DNA of 64,000 nucleotides. Source: Candidatus Woesearchaeota archaeon (GTDB lineage: Archaea > Nanobdellota > Nanobdellia > SCGC-AAA011-G17 > JACPNG01). Below, piece by piece: positions 33,001 to 42,943 of this stretch. The number at the start of each line of letters is the position of its first letter. Position 1 is the first letter of the stretch. The notes below the pieces were generated by a model. It was not told where the DNA came from and ran no database searches. It saw only the letters and a program-made list of their open reading frames with translations. A program made the translations under genes and the position numbers. The stretch spans positions 4,885 to 68,884 of the forward strand of contig JAFCDT010000002.1 in the NCBI GenBank assembly GCA_017609525.1. The letters run 5' to 3'.

Positions 33001-33389
33001 AAGAGTGGTCTAATGCATGGAAAAGTAGTAAGAACCCTGGGAAACAAAGAAAGTATAGATATAATGCTCCTTTGCACATTAAAAAAAGGTTCTTAACTGT
33101 CAATCTGGCTAAAGACCTTAGAACCAAATTTAAAAGGAGAAATATAGGAGTAAGAAAAAAAGATAAAGTAAAGATCCTTCGGGGGCAGTTTAAAAATAAA
33201 ACTGGGATAGTGAATAAAATTAGTGTAAAAAAATGTAAGGTTTATGTGGATGGTATTGAGCAAGTGAGGAAAGACGGAACAAAATCATTTTATCCATTAA
33301 CTCCCTCAAATCTTCAAATAATTGAATTGAATTTAGATGATAAAAGGAGAATTAAAATAAAGAAAGATGGTAAAGAGACACCTAAGTAG
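32997..33389 (+). CDS. rpl24: 50S ribosomal protein L24
   Basis: KQRKYRYNAPLH, DKVKILRGQFK. Confidence 0.96.
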   Translation: MKEWSNAWKSSKNPGKQRKYRYNAPLHIKKRFLTVNLAKDLRTKFKRRNIGVRKKDKVKILRGQFKNKTGIVNKISVKKCKVYVDGIEQVRKDGTKSFYPLTPSNLQIIELNLDDKRRIKIKKDGKETPK

Positions 33390-34056
33390 ATTAAATGCGC
33401 CAAAAAATTGGCCAATAAAGAGGAAAGGAATTAAATTTATAGCTAGACCTCTGCCAGGTGCGCACCCATTAAGACAATGTATTACATTAAGTGTTGTTAT
33501 GAAAGATATCTTGAATTATGCTAAAACTGCAAGGGAACTTAAGACAATATTGAATGCGGGCAAGGTTTTAGTTAATAAAAAAATAATAAAAAATCCTAGA
33601 TTTAGTATGGGGATAATGGATATTCTGGAGATTCCTGAGACAAAGGAAACTTATGTGCTATTGCTAAATAAAAAAAATAAATTTTATCTCAATAAAATTA
33701 AAGATAGTGAAGATAAATTTTGTAAGATAAATGGTAAGACTATTTTAAAGAAAGGAAAACTGCAATTAAATCTTTTTGATGGAAGAAATGTATTGGTGGA
33801 TAAAAAAGACGGATACAATGTAGGAGATAGTATCATCTTAGATCTTACCAAAAATAAGATTAAAAAGCATTTAAAATTGGAAAAAGGAGCATTAATCTAT
33901 TTAATTGGCGGAAAACACCTTGGTATGGTTGGTGTTGTAGAGGATATTAAAAAGAAAGAAAATGAAAAGCCAAAAATTACATTCAAAACAAAAAAAGACC
34001 GATTTGAAACACTTAAGGAATATGCTTTTGTTATTAGCGGAGATATTGTGAAATGA
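33367..34056 (+). CDS. rps4e: 30S ribosomal protein S4e
   Basis: HLSRLNAPKNWPIKRK, GGKHLG. Confidence 0.96.
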   Translation: MVKRHLSRLNAPKNWPIKRKGIKFIARPLPGAHPLRQCITLSVVMKDILNYAKTARELKTILNAGKVLVNKKIIKNPRFSMGIMDILEIPETKETYVLLLNKKNKFYLNKIKDSEDKFCKINGKTILKKGKLQLNLFDGRNVLVDKKDGYNVGDSIILDLTKNKIKKHLKLEKGALIYLIGGKHLGMVGVVEDIKKKENEKPKITFKTKKDRFETLKEYAFVISGDIVK

Positions 34057-34550
34057 AAGAAATAAAGATAGACAAGGTTACTTTGAACATTGGGGTTGGA
34101 GAACCTGGTGATAGGTTGGATAAAGCAATGAAATTATTGGCTAATCTCACTGGGTCTAAGCCTGTACAAACAAAGGCCAAGGATAGAATTCCTACCTGGA
34201 GCATAAGGCCTGGTTTAGCAATTGCAGCAAAAATAACCTTAAGAAAAGAAAAAGCTAAGGAGATTTTGAAAAGATTACTTGAAGCTGTTAACAATGAACT
34301 TAACAATAGGTGTTTTGATAATGAAGGAAACTTTTCATTTGGGATTAAGGAATACCTTGACATTCCTGGAACTAAATATGATGCCAGCGTTGGAATGATG
34401 GGATTGGAAGTTGCAGTTACCCTTATGAGGCCAGGATTTAGGGTTAAAAGAAGAAGGATTCGCCGATGTAAGATTCCGGCTAAGCACAGAATAAGTAAGG
34501 AGGAAACCATTGAATTCATGAAAAAAGAATTCGGTGTGATTGTAAAATGA
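34053..34550 (+). CDS. rpl5: 50S ribosomal protein L5
   Basis: [20 protein letters not shown]. Confidence 0.97.
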   Translation: MKEIKIDKVTLNIGVGEPGDRLDKAMKLLANLTGSKPVQTKAKDRIPTWSIRPGLAIAAKITLRKEKAKEILKRLLEAVNNELNNRCFDNEGNFSFGIKEYLDIPGTKYDASVGMMGLEVAVTLMRPGFRVKRRRIRRCKIPAKHRISKEETIEFMKKEFGVIVK

Positions 34551-34777
34551 CCATAAGTGATTACAAGAAGGTTTTCAAACAATTGAAGAATAACCCTGTG
34601 AAGTTAAAGAAATTTTTAAAGCATAATAAACCAAAAGCTAGGAGGTTTGGTAAATCAACTAAGAAGTGCAAAAGGTGTGGTACAAGCAGAGGCTATATTG
34701 GGAAATATCACCTTGGATATTGTAGGCGGTGCTTTAGAGAGAATGCACGAGAGTTAGGTTTCCAAAAATACCGATAA
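34547..34777 (+). CDS. rps14: 30S ribosomal protein S14 (Zn-binding, N-terminally extended)
   Basis: CKRCG...[13 protein letters not shown]. Confidence 0.95.
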   Translation: MTISDYKKVFKQLKNNPVKLKKFLKHNKPKARRFGKSTKKCKRCGTSRGYIGKYHLGYCRRCFRENARELGFQKYR

Positions 34778-34778
34778 A

Positions 34779-35168
34779 ATGATGAATGATATATTGGCTA
34801 ATGCATTATCTAATATTATTAATGCAGAACGCGTTGGAAAAGAGTTTTGCATAGTCAAGCCTACCTCAAAAGTTATTAAAAAAGTGTTGGATATTTTGCA
34901 TGAAAATCATTATATTGGAGAGATAAAATATATTGAAAATAACAAAGGAGGAATTTATAAAATAAATTTGATAGGAAAAATAAACAATGTAGGAGTTGTT
35001 AAGCCAAAGTTTTCTGTTAAAAGCGGAGGTTTTGAGAAATTTGAAAAAAGATTTCTTCCTGCACAGGACTTCGGTTTATTGGTGGTTTCTACTTCTCAAG
35101 GCATTATGACTCATTATCAAGCTAAAGAAAAGAAAATTGGAGGAAAATTGCTAGCCTTTTGTTATTAA
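34779..35168 (+). CDS. rps8: 30S ribosomal protein S8
   Basis: DILANAL, EKRFLPA, STSQGIMTH. Confidence 0.97.
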   Translation: MMNDILANALSNIINAERVGKEFCIVKPTSKVIKKVLDILHENHYIGEIKYIENNKGGIYKINLIGKINNVGVVKPKFSVKSGGFEKFEKRFLPAQDFGLLVVSTSQGIMTHYQAKEKKIGGKLLAFCY

Positions 35169-35169
35169 A

Positions 35170-35715
35170 ATGAAGAAAGATATCAAGGTAGAAATAGAAA
35201 TTCCAGAAAATGTGGAAGTTGAACTAGCTGGAAAAAAATTAAGAGTTAAGGCAGGCAATAATGAAGTAGAAAGAAGTTTTTTGGATCCTTGCATTGAGAT
35301 TAAAAAAGAGGGCAATAAAATAGTTTTATTTTCAAAAAAAGGCACTAAAAGAGAAAAGGCAATGGTTGGGACATTCAAGGCACACATAGCCAACATAATG
35401 AAGGGTGTCAGTGAAGGATTTGAATATAGGTTAAAGATTTGTTCTAGCCATTTTCCGATGTCAGTTAATGTGGAGGATAATCATGTATTAATAAAAAATT
35501 TCTTGGGAGAAAAAATTCCAAGAAAAGCTAAAATCTTGAAGGGTGTGGATATTAAAATAGATGGAGAAGAGATTGTTGTGAAAGGGGATGATATTGAAAA
35601 AGTTGGACAAACTGCTGCAAATATAGAACAAGCATGCAGGATTAATAAAAGAGACAGAAGAGTTTTCCAAGATGGATGTTATATTACAAAAAAAGCTAGA
35701 GGAGATTTAGCATGA
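35170..35715 (+). CDS. rpl6: 50S ribosomal protein L6
   Basis: SHFPM, NFLGEK, DRRVFQDG. Confidence 0.97.
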   Translation: MKKDIKVEIEIPENVEVELAGKKLRVKAGNNEVERSFLDPCIEIKKEGNKIVLFSKKGTKREKAMVGTFKAHIANIMKGVSEGFEYRLKICSSHFPMSVNVEDNHVLIKNFLGEKIPRKAKILKGVDIKIDGEEIVVKGDDIEKVGQTAANIEQACRINKRDRRVFQDGCYITKKARGDLA

Positions 35716-36287
35716 AAGAATTATTAAATGTCAGGAAGGAATTAAAAAAGAAGAAACCAACCTTTCTTAGACAGGATGCTCATAAAGTAAAAAGACTAAA
35801 GAAAAATTGGCGGAGGCCTAAAGGAAGACACTCAAAGATGAGGTTAAGATTCGGGGGGTATAGGAAATTGCCGGCAGTGGGTTATTCTTCTCCTAAAAAA
35901 GTAAGAGGATTAACCAGAGAAGGATTTAAGGAAATTATTGTCAACAATATCAAAGATTTAGACAGGATAAATGAGAACTCTGTCGCTGTTATCGGGAGTA
36001 CTGTTGGATTGAAGAAAAGGTTGGAGATATTAAAAAAAATAAAAGAACTGAAACTTAAATGTAATTTTAAAGATATTGATGGTTTTATTAAAAAGGCTAT
36101 GGAAAACATTGAGAAGAAAAAAGCCCTAGCAAAGAAAAAAATTGAACTTAAAGAAAAAGCAAAGAAAGAAGCATTGAAAAAAGTAGAACAAAAGAAAGAG
36201 AAAAAACCCACTGAAAAAGAGATAAAAGAAGAGAAAAAGAAAGTACTAGAGAAAAGAAGAAAAGGAAGAGAGGGTGAGCTTACATGA
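35712..36287 (+). CDS. rpl32e: 50S ribosomal protein L32e with Lys/Glu-rich tail
   Basis: KPTFLRQD, WRRPKGRHSKMR. Confidence 0.96.
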   Translation: MKELLNVRKELKKKKPTFLRQDAHKVKRLKKNWRRPKGRHSKMRLRFGGYRKLPAVGYSSPKKVRGLTREGFKEIIVNNIKDLDRINENSVAVIGSTVGLKKRLEILKKIKELKLKCNFKDIDGFIKKAMENIEKKKALAKKKIELKEKAKKEALKKVEQKKEKKPTEKEIKEEKKKVLEKRRKGREGELT

Positions 36288-36772
36288 AAGGGTTAGCTAA
36301 TAAAAAAAGACTGGCCGCCCAATTATTGAAGGTGGGGGAAAATCGAGTCTGGTTAGATAGATCCCGATTAGATGAAATAAAAGAAGCTATTACCAAGGTT
36401 GATGTTAAAGGTTTAATCAAAGATAGAGCAATTCAGGCTAGACCTGTCAGTGGACAGTCTGGTCATAGGAGAAGAAAAAAGATAGTCCAAAAAAGAAAGG
36501 GAAGACTTAGAGGACCTGGATCAAGAAAAGGGAAAAGAACCGCCAGGTTATCAAAAAAAGAAGCATGGATGATTAAAATCAGAAAGCAGAGGGCAACCTT
36601 AAAAGATTTGAAAGATAAAAAATTAATATCCACTAAGGATTATCGTATGGCTTATAAAAAAGCAAAAGGAGGTTTTTTTAGGAGCAAAAGACATGTCTTG
36701 TTGTTTTTAGAGGAACAAGGATTATTGAAGAAAAATGAAAGGGTTCAAGAGAAAAAAACAGGGAAAAACTGA
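36284..36772 (+). CDS. rpl19e: 50S ribosomal protein L19e
   Basis: KRLAAQLLKVGENRVWLD, GPGSRKG. Confidence 0.96.
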   Translation: MKGLANKKRLAAQLLKVGENRVWLDRSRLDEIKEAITKVDVKGLIKDRAIQARPVSGQSGHRRRKKIVQKRKGRLRGPGSRKGKRTARLSKKEAWMIKIRKQRATLKDLKDKKLISTKDYRMAYKKAKGGFFRSKRHVLLFLEEQGLLKKNERVQEKKTGKN

Positions 36773-37292
36773 TTATAAACAAAGATTAAGATTAATCAGT
36801 TCAGGGAAAATAAGACTAGTAATTAGAAAAACGAATAAGAATGTGATCGTTCAGTTTATTGAATACGCTCCTAAAGGAGATCTTATCAAGGTTTCAAGTC
36901 ACACCAATGAACTAAAAAAATATGGATGGAATGGTTCAAGAAGGAATAGCTATTGCGCATATCTTGCAGGATTATTAGCAGGATTAAAGGCTATTAAAAA
37001 AGATATACCCTCGGCCATTTTAGACATTGGGCTTAATAAATCTATTAAAGGGAGCATCTTATATGCTGCACTTAAAGGAGTATTAGACTCTGGTGTAAAT
37101 GTTCCACATTCAAAAGATATCTTACCAAAAGAGGAAAGAATTAAAGGACAACAAGTTGCAGAATATGCTAAAAAAATTGGAGAAGAAAAAAATAAAAGAT
37201 TTTCAGGGTACTTAAAGAATAAAGTTAATCCAGAAGAAATACCTAAACTTTTTGAAGTTGTTAAGAAGAAAATATTAGAAAAATGGAAATAA
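36735..37292 (+). CDS. rpl18: 50S ribosomal protein L18
   Basis: GKTDYKQRL, RLVIRKTN, AYLAGLLAG. Confidence 0.96.
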   Translation: MKGFKRKKQGKTDYKQRLRLISSGKIRLVIRKTNKNVIVQFIEYAPKGDLIKVSSHTNELKKYGWNGSRRNSYCAYLAGLLAGLKAIKKDIPSAILDIGLNKSIKGSILYAALKGVLDSGVNVPHSKDILPKEERIKGQQVAEYAKKIGEEKNKRFSGYLKNKVNPEEIPKLFEVVKKKILEKWK

Positions 37293-37999
37293 AAAAGGAA
37301 AATACTGGGGAAAAAGGGAAAAAGAATCCTTCATTTGATAAAGAAAGCTGGAAGCCTAAAACAAAATTGGGTAAAATGATTAAGGCTGGAAAAGTAAAAA
37401 CCATGGATGAAGTTTTAGAAAAGGGTTATAAGATTTTAGAGCCTGAAATAGTTGATTGTCTTTTACCTAATTTAGAGTCTGATTTACTCTCATTTGGACA
37501 GTCTAAAGGTAAGTTTGGAGGAGGCAAAAAAAGTATTTGGAGACAAACTCAGAAAAAAACAAAAGAAGGCAATAAACCAAGATTCTCAGCTTTAGCTATT
37601 GTTGGTACCAAAGATGGTTACATTGGTGTTGGCAGAGGCAAAGCAAAAGAAACAGTACCTGCCAGAGAAAAGGCAGTTAGAAGAGCTAAACTAAATATAA
37701 TCAAGATTAAAAAAGGGTGTGGTTCTTGGGAGGGTGATCCAAGCGGAGATAATTCAATTCCTTTTAAGGTTAGAGGAAAATGCGGAAGTGTTATTATTGA
37801 ATTAATTCCTGCTCCAGTGGGAAGTGACTTAAAGGTAGAAGAAGAATGTAAAAAACTGCTAAGCTTAGCAGGAATAAGAGATCTTTATTCCAGGACATAT
37901 GGTAAGACTAAAACTAAAATAAACTTAATTTATGCTTGTTTTAATGCATTAAAACAACTAACTAAAATGAAGGTTAATGAAGGACTAAAGAAAAAGTGA
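37283..37999 (+). CDS. rps5: 30S ribosomal protein S5
   Basis: WKPKTKLG, GCGSWE, PFKVRGKCGSV. Confidence 0.96.
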   Translation: MEIKKENTGEKGKKNPSFDKESWKPKTKLGKMIKAGKVKTMDEVLEKGYKILEPEIVDCLLPNLESDLLSFGQSKGKFGGGKKSIWRQTQKKTKEGNKPRFSALAIVGTKDGYIGVGRGKAKETVPAREKAVRRAKLNIIKIKKGCGSWEGDPSGDNSIPFKVRGKCGSVIIELIPAPVGSDLKVEEECKKLLSLAGIRDLYSRTYGKTKTKINLIYACFNALKQLTKMKVNEGLKKK

Positions 38000-38466
38000 A
38001 AAGAATAGCAATAATCAGGATTAGAGGAAGAGTAAAGGTAAAGAAAGAAATAGAAGATACTATGAGATTATTAAGGTTATTCAATAAACACTCTTGCGTT
38101 GTGGTGAGCAGTACTGAAAGTGTTGTTGGTATGATTAAAAAGATTAAAGATTATGTAACTTGGGGCGAAATTAATGAAGAAACTTTCAAAAATTTATTAG
38201 AGAAAAGAGGAAAACTGGCTGGAAAACAGAAGTTTAGTGAAGCATATTTAAAAGAAAAAACAAAACTTAATTTAAATGATTTCGTTAAAGAGTTTTTTGA
38301 ATTTAAAAAAGAACTTAAAGACATTCCGGGTTTAAAACTCTTCTTTAAATTATGTTCTCCCCGAAAGGGATTTGAAAAAAAAGGTATTAAGGTTCCTTTT
38401 TCTCTAGGAGGGGTTTTGGGCTATAGAAAAGAAAAGATAAATGATCTTATTATGAGGATGCTGTAA
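37996..38466 (+). CDS. rpl30: 50S ribosomal protein L30
   Basis: AIIRIRG, KDYVTWGE, GGVLGYR. Confidence 0.96.
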   Translation: MKRIAIIRIRGRVKVKKEIEDTMRLLRLFNKHSCVVVSSTESVVGMIKKIKDYVTWGEINEETFKNLLEKRGKLAGKQKFSEAYLKEKTKLNLNDFVKEFFEFKKELKDIPGLKLFFKLCSPRKGFEKKGIKVPFSLGGVLGYRKEKINDLIMRML

Positions 38467-38467
38467 G

Positions 38468-38872
38468 ATGATTAGCAGAAGAAAAAAGAAAGTAAAGAGA
38501 AGAGGACATAAAACTCATGGTTGGGGTAGTAAGAAAAAGAGAAGGGGGGCAGGAAATCGTGGAGGAAGAGGAATGGCTGGATCTGGAAAGAGAGCAGATC
38601 AGAAAAAGCCCAGCATAATAAAAAAGTATGGCAATAAATACTTTGGAAAAAGAGGGTTTAAAAGACCTCAAAATCAAATTAAGAAAATAAAAACAATTAA
38701 TGTTCATGAGCTAAATCAGTTTAAGGACAAGGTAGATTTAATAGAGTTAGGTTATAATAAGTTATTAGGCAAGGGAAAAATAGAAAAAGCCATTGAGGTT
38801 AAAGTTGCTTTTGCTTCAAAAAAAGCTGTAGAAAAAGTAGAAAAAGTTGGAGGAAAAGTAATAAACGAGTAA
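38468..38872 (+). CDS. rpl15: 50S ribosomal protein L15
   Basis: THGWGSKKKRRGAGNRGGRGMAG. Confidence 0.96.
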   Translation: MISRRKKKVKRRGHKTHGWGSKKKRRGAGNRGGRGMAGSGKRADQKKPSIIKKYGNKYFGKRGFKRPQNQIKKIKTINVHELNQFKDKVDLIELGYNKLLGKGKIEKAIEVKVAFASKKAVEKVEKVGGKVINE

Positions 38873-38873
38873 A

Positions 38874-40277
38874 ATGGGATTTTTTAAGAATCTCTTAATG
38901 AATTTGCCTGAGGTAAGGGGTCCTGCTCAGAAAAAACTTTCTTTTAAGGAAAAGCTAAGATGGACCCTGCTTATGCTAGTTGCTTTTTTTGTATTATCTG
39001 TTATCCCTCTTTTTGGACTGGGTGATAACCAATTAGCACAGTTTGAACAATTATCTATCATTCTTGGAGCAAACTTTGGTTCCATTATGTCCTTAGGGAT
39101 AGGACCAATTGTTACTGCATCTATTGTATTACAATTATTAAAAGGGTCTGGATTACTGAAGTTGGATACAACTACTCATGAAGGAAGGACTTTTTTTCAA
39201 GGTATTCAAAAAGTATTGGCTGTATTTTTTATTGTATTTGAAGCAATTATTTATGTTTTAATGGGCGGTTTGGCGCCATCTGCTACTTTGATGCCGGCGG
39301 CACATTCTTTTGCTCAATTTTTATTGATAATCCAATTATGTTTTGGTGGGTTTTTAGTATTATTCATGGATGAAGTAATACAGAAATGGGGATTTGGTTC
39401 TGGTATTAGTTTATTCATTGCAGCCGGAGTATCTAGCCAACTGGTTGTAAGAGCATTTTCACCCTTAACAGTTAATGGTTTGTGGGCTTTTGGCACATCC
39501 CAGGCACCTGTTGGACAAATTTGGGTGTTCTTTGGATCATTACTCTCAAGAAATCCTGTCGGGGCTTCTTTGGCACTTAGTGCAATATTGGCAACCATTG
39601 TAGTTTTTATGTTTTCCATATATGGTCAAGCAATGAAGGTAGAGATACCACTAAGCTTTGGAAGGATAAGGGGGCATGGTATCAGATGGCCTTTGAATTT
39701 TATTTATACAAGCAATATTCCAGTAATTTTGGTTGCTGCTTTGTTAGCGAATATACAGTTATGGGCGAAGTTATTAGAAAGATGGGGCCATCCTATTTTA
39801 GGAACTTTTGTTGGAAACCAGCCAGTGAGCGGGTTTGTTTCGTGGATCTTTGCCCCGAGTATCATAGGTGATATTATTAAAGGAACTTTTACTCCTTCAG
39901 TATTAGTTCATGCTTTAGTATACTGTCTATTCATGATTGGAGGAGCAGTACTATTTTCTATTTTTTGGATGCAAACTGCTGGAATGGACGCAAGAAGTCA
40001 GGCTCAGCAAATAATGAGTTCTGGATTACAGATTCCAGGTTTTAGAAGAGACCCAAGAGTCATAGAGCAAATTTTAAAAAGGTATATCTTTCCTTTAACT
40101 GTGATGGGCGGAGCGACTGTTGGTTTTTTAGCAGCATCTGCTGACTTATTGGGGGCACTAAGCAGAGGGACAGGGATATTATTGACTGTTATGATTGTGT
40201 ATAGGCTATATGAAGAAATTGCGCAACAACACATGGTGGATATGAATCCTATGTTTAGGAAAATGATGGGTAAATAA
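38874..40277 (+). CDS. secY: Protein translocase SecY/Sec61 alpha
   Basis: LGIGPIVTASIVLQLL, GSGISLFIAAG, YTSNIPVIL, IPGFR. Confidence 0.97.
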   Translation: MGFFKNLLMNLPEVRGPAQKKLSFKEKLRWTLLMLVAFFVLSVIPLFGLGDNQLAQFEQLSIILGANFGSIMSLGIGPIVTASIVLQLLKGSGLLKLDTTTHEGRTFFQGIQKVLAVFFIVFEAIIYVLMGGLAPSATLMPAAHSFAQFLLIIQLCFGGFLVLFMDEVIQKWGFGSGISLFIAAGVSSQLVVRAFSPLTVNGLWAFGTSQAPVGQIWVFFGSLLSRNPVGASLALSAILATIVVFMFSIYGQAMKVEIPLSFGRIRGHGIRWPLNFIYTSNIPVILVAALLANIQLWAKLLERWGHPILGTFVGNQPVSGFVSWIFAPSIIGDIIKGTFTPSVLVHALVYCLFMIGGAVLFSIFWMQTAGMDARSQAQQIMSSGLQIPGFRRDPRVIEQILKRYIFPLTVMGGATVGFLAASADLLGALSRGTGILLTVMIVYRLYEEIAQQHMVDMNPMFRKMMGK

Positions 40278-40278
40278 A

Positions 40279-40722
40279 ATGTTTAATGATTTTTTTAATG
40301 CAATTTTTGGAAGATTAATCGAGTACAATCCCTTATATGGGCTGTTAGTAATTTCATTTATTATTACTTTGATTGTTACTTTAGTATATAAGTTTGCAAC
40401 AGATCAAAAAGAGCTTAAAAGAATTAAAGAAGAAACTAAAGGGATAAGGGAACAGATGAAGATTCATAAAGATAACCCGCAAAAGGTTTCTGAATTACAA
40501 AAAAAATCTTTGGAAATCAGCATGGGCAGTTTTAAACACCAGTTTAAACCAATGATTATAACTATTATCCCTGTTCTTATAATCTTCGGATGGTTAAAAG
40601 AGACTTACGCTAACTACAGTAACCTTAATTTTTTGGGTTTTATAGATACATGGATTTGGGCATATATCGTAAGTGCATTGATATTTAGTATTATATTAAG
40701 GAAGATATTTAAGGTTCATTAA
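40279..40722 (+). CDS. DUF106 (EMC3/TMCO1/YidC-like) membrane protein
   Basis: TM-coiled coil-FKPM-TM...WAY; conserved position after secY. Confidence 0.88.
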   Translation: MFNDFFNAIFGRLIEYNPLYGLLVISFIITLIVTLVYKFATDQKELKRIKEETKGIREQMKIHKDNPQKVSELQKKSLEISMGSFKHQFKPMIITIIPVLIIFGWLKETYANYSNLNFLGFIDTWIWAYIVSALIFSIILRKIFKVH

Positions 40723-40723
40723 A

Positions 40724-40969
40724 ATGAAAAAAAGAAAAGTTTATGTTAGAACAATAAGCAAAACAAGAAGTATGCTAAAAACCAGAAAACCAAGTGGAGC
40801 TAAGTGTGCGGGATGCGGGGTTAAACTTAAAGGAGTTCCAAGAATGACCAAATCTAAAATGAGAAATATGGCTAAAACTGTCAAAAGACCCTCAAGACCA
40901 TATGGAGGAGTTCTATGCCCCAAATGTTTAAAAATAAAAATAAGAAAGGAGTCTAGAAAAAATGTTTGA
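40724..40969 (+). CDS. rpl34e: 50S ribosomal protein L34e
   Basis: CAGCG.KLKGVP, RPSRPYGGVLCPKC. Confidence 0.95.
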   Translation: MKKRKVYVRTISKTRSMLKTRKPSGAKCAGCGVKLKGVPRMTKSKMRNMAKTVKRPSRPYGGVLCPKCLKIKIRKESRKNV

Positions 40970-41312
40970 GGTTGGAAGATTATGCTTAAAACTGTCTGGG
41001 AGAGATGCTAACCAATATTGTGTAGTAGTTGACAAGATTGACAAGAACCATGTGTTAATCGATGGCAATACTAGGAGGAGAAAGTGTAATGTTAAACATC
41101 TAGAGCCTTTAGATCAGGTTTTCAAAATAAGTAAAGGTGCCAAAACTGAAGAAATCCATAAATTGTTTGTTGCATCTAAGATTAAGGTAACTAAAAAAGA
41201 AATTAAAAAAGAAAAAAAATCTAAAGAAAAACCAGTAAAGCAGAGAAAGGGGAAAGGGGGAGAGTTGGATACTAAAAAAGATGGCGGAAAAAAACCAGAA
41301 AAAAGTACTTGA
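40962..41312 (+). CDS. rpl14e: 50S ribosomal protein L14e
   Basis: EVGRLCLKLSGRDA, RRRKCNVKHLEP. Confidence 0.95.
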   Translation: MFEVGRLCLKLSGRDANQYCVVVDKIDKNHVLIDGNTRRRKCNVKHLEPLDQVFKISKGAKTEEIHKLFVASKIKVTKKEIKKEKKSKEKPVKQRKGKGGELDTKKDGGKKPEKST

Positions 41313-41676
41313 ATTTTATTCTTTAAATCAAAAGATTAAACAAATACAGGAGCAGTTGGAGCTTTTGAATCATCAAATCACAGAGCTGTTTGTTTTAGAA
41401 GAGAGTATCAAAGATGTTGAGAAAGGTAAGAAAGAAGTTTTTATGCCTCTTGGTGGAGGAGTTTTTATAAATGCAGAAATAAAAGATACTGAAAAACTCC
41501 TAGTAAATGTTGGCGGGGGTGTTTTTGTTAAAAAGGGACTAAAAGAATCCAATGTGTTAGTCAGAGAACAACAAGAGGAGATAAGGCAAGCAATGGAGAG
41601 GTTGGATGTTGAACTCAAGAGCGGCATTAAGGAGCTTAAGCTCTTGCAAAAAGAAATATCTAAAGAAGAACAATAA
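41281..41676 (+). CDS. pfdA: Prefoldin alpha subunit
   Basis: Coiled coils flanking PLGGGVF...LVNVGGGVFV. Confidence 0.92.
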   Translation: MAEKNQKKVLEFYSLNQKIKQIQEQLELLNHQITELFVLEESIKDVEKGKKEVFMPLGGGVFINAEIKDTEKLLVNVGGGVFVKKGLKESNVLVREQQEEIRQAMERLDVELKSGIKELKLLQKEISKEEQ

Positions 41677-41707
41677 TAATTATATAATCATTCTTTAATT
41701 CCTTAGG

Positions 41708-42943
41708 TTGATGTTGGATTATTATTCTAGGCCAGATATTCAGGAAGAGATTTTTATAGCTTCTAGACACAGGGAAATTGGGGTGATGTATAAAGACAGG
41801 GGTTTTGGTAAAAGGCCAGATATCTTACAATTTAAAAGTGATGTAGGAGAGTTCGCTAAACAAGGGGCAAGTTCTTTTCATATTTCATTGGAAAGGTGGA
41901 AAAATCCTTTAGAGTTAAAGTCTGGTATGTCTAAAAAAGAGTTAGATGGCTTAAGAGAGGGGTGGGATTTTATAGCTGACATAGATTGTAAATATTTTGA
42001 ATTTTCAAAGATTGCTGCTTTTCTTTTAATTGAAGCTCTAAGATTTCACGAAATTGAGAATATAAGCTTAAAGTTTTCTGGGAATCGCTCTTTTCATGTT
42101 GGTGTTGCATTTGAAACCTTTCCTAAAGTGGTAAATAATATACAAATAAAGGATATTTTTCCACAAGGAGTTAGAATTATTGCTGATTACTTAAAATCAA
42201 TGATCAAAAATGAATTAAGGGAAAGAATATTAAAAATAAGTCCTGAAATGGGAGAAAATTTCGATCCTTTTTCAATCGTTGATATTGATTCTGTGGCTAT
42301 TTCAAGCAGGCATATGATTCGAGCACCTTATTCACTAAATGAAAAATCTGGATTGGTTAGTTTGCCCATAAAGATTGAGGAGTTAAAAAATTTTGAACTT
42401 AAACAGGCAAGAGTAGAAAATGTTAAAACCAAAGTCAGGTTTCTTGATAAAGGTGAACCAAATGAGGCTTCTAACCTACTTGTACAAGCTTTTGATTGGA
42501 ATATGAAAGCTAAAAGGAATGAGCCAGAAGTAATTGTTAAAAAAAGAGAATACGAAATTCCTAGCGTAGCGATTAAAGAAGAATTTTTTCCTCCATGTAT
42601 AAAACAAATATTAAATGGAATAGAAAAAGATGGAAGAAAACGGGCAGTATTTATTTTAATTAATTTTTTAGGACAAATGGGATGGGATTATAATGCTATA
42701 AAAAAGATTTTGTTAGAATGGAACAAGAAGAACTATGAAGAATTAAAAGAAGGGTATATTTTAAGTCAACTAAGCTGGCATAAAAGACAGGGTAAAAAAA
42801 TTTTGCCGCCTAATTGTGACAATAAGTCATACTACTTTGATATAGGTGTGAAGTGCGATGACCCCTTATGTAAAAAAGTGAAGAATCCTGTTAATTATGC
42901 CATGAGAAAGGTGAGCTTTAAAAAAAATATTAGGAAGAGATAG
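41708..42943 (+). CDS. Fused archaeal primase PriS-PriL (DPANN type)
   Basis: WDFIADID, FSGNRSFH, IRAPYSLN (PriS) followed by FFPPCI...PPNC...C...C..VKNP (PriL Fe-S domain). Confidence 0.9.
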   Translation: MMLDYYSRPDIQEEIFIASRHREIGVMYKDRGFGKRPDILQFKSDVGEFAKQGASSFHISLERWKNPLELKSGMSKKELDGLREGWDFIADIDCKYFEFSKIAAFLLIEALRFHEIENISLKFSGNRSFHVGVAFETFPKVVNNIQIKDIFPQGVRIIADYLKSMIKNELRERILKISPEMGENFDPFSIVDIDSVAISSRHMIRAPYSLNEKSGLVSLPIKIEELKNFELKQARVENVKTKVRFLDKGEPNEASNLLVQAFDWNMKAKRNEPEVIVKKREYEIPSVAIKEEFFPPCIKQILNGIEKDGRKRAVFILINFLGQMGWDYNAIKKILLEWNKKNYEELKEGYILSQLSWHKRQGKKILPPNCDNKSYYFDIGVKCDDPLCKKVKNPVNYAMRKVSFKKNIRKR

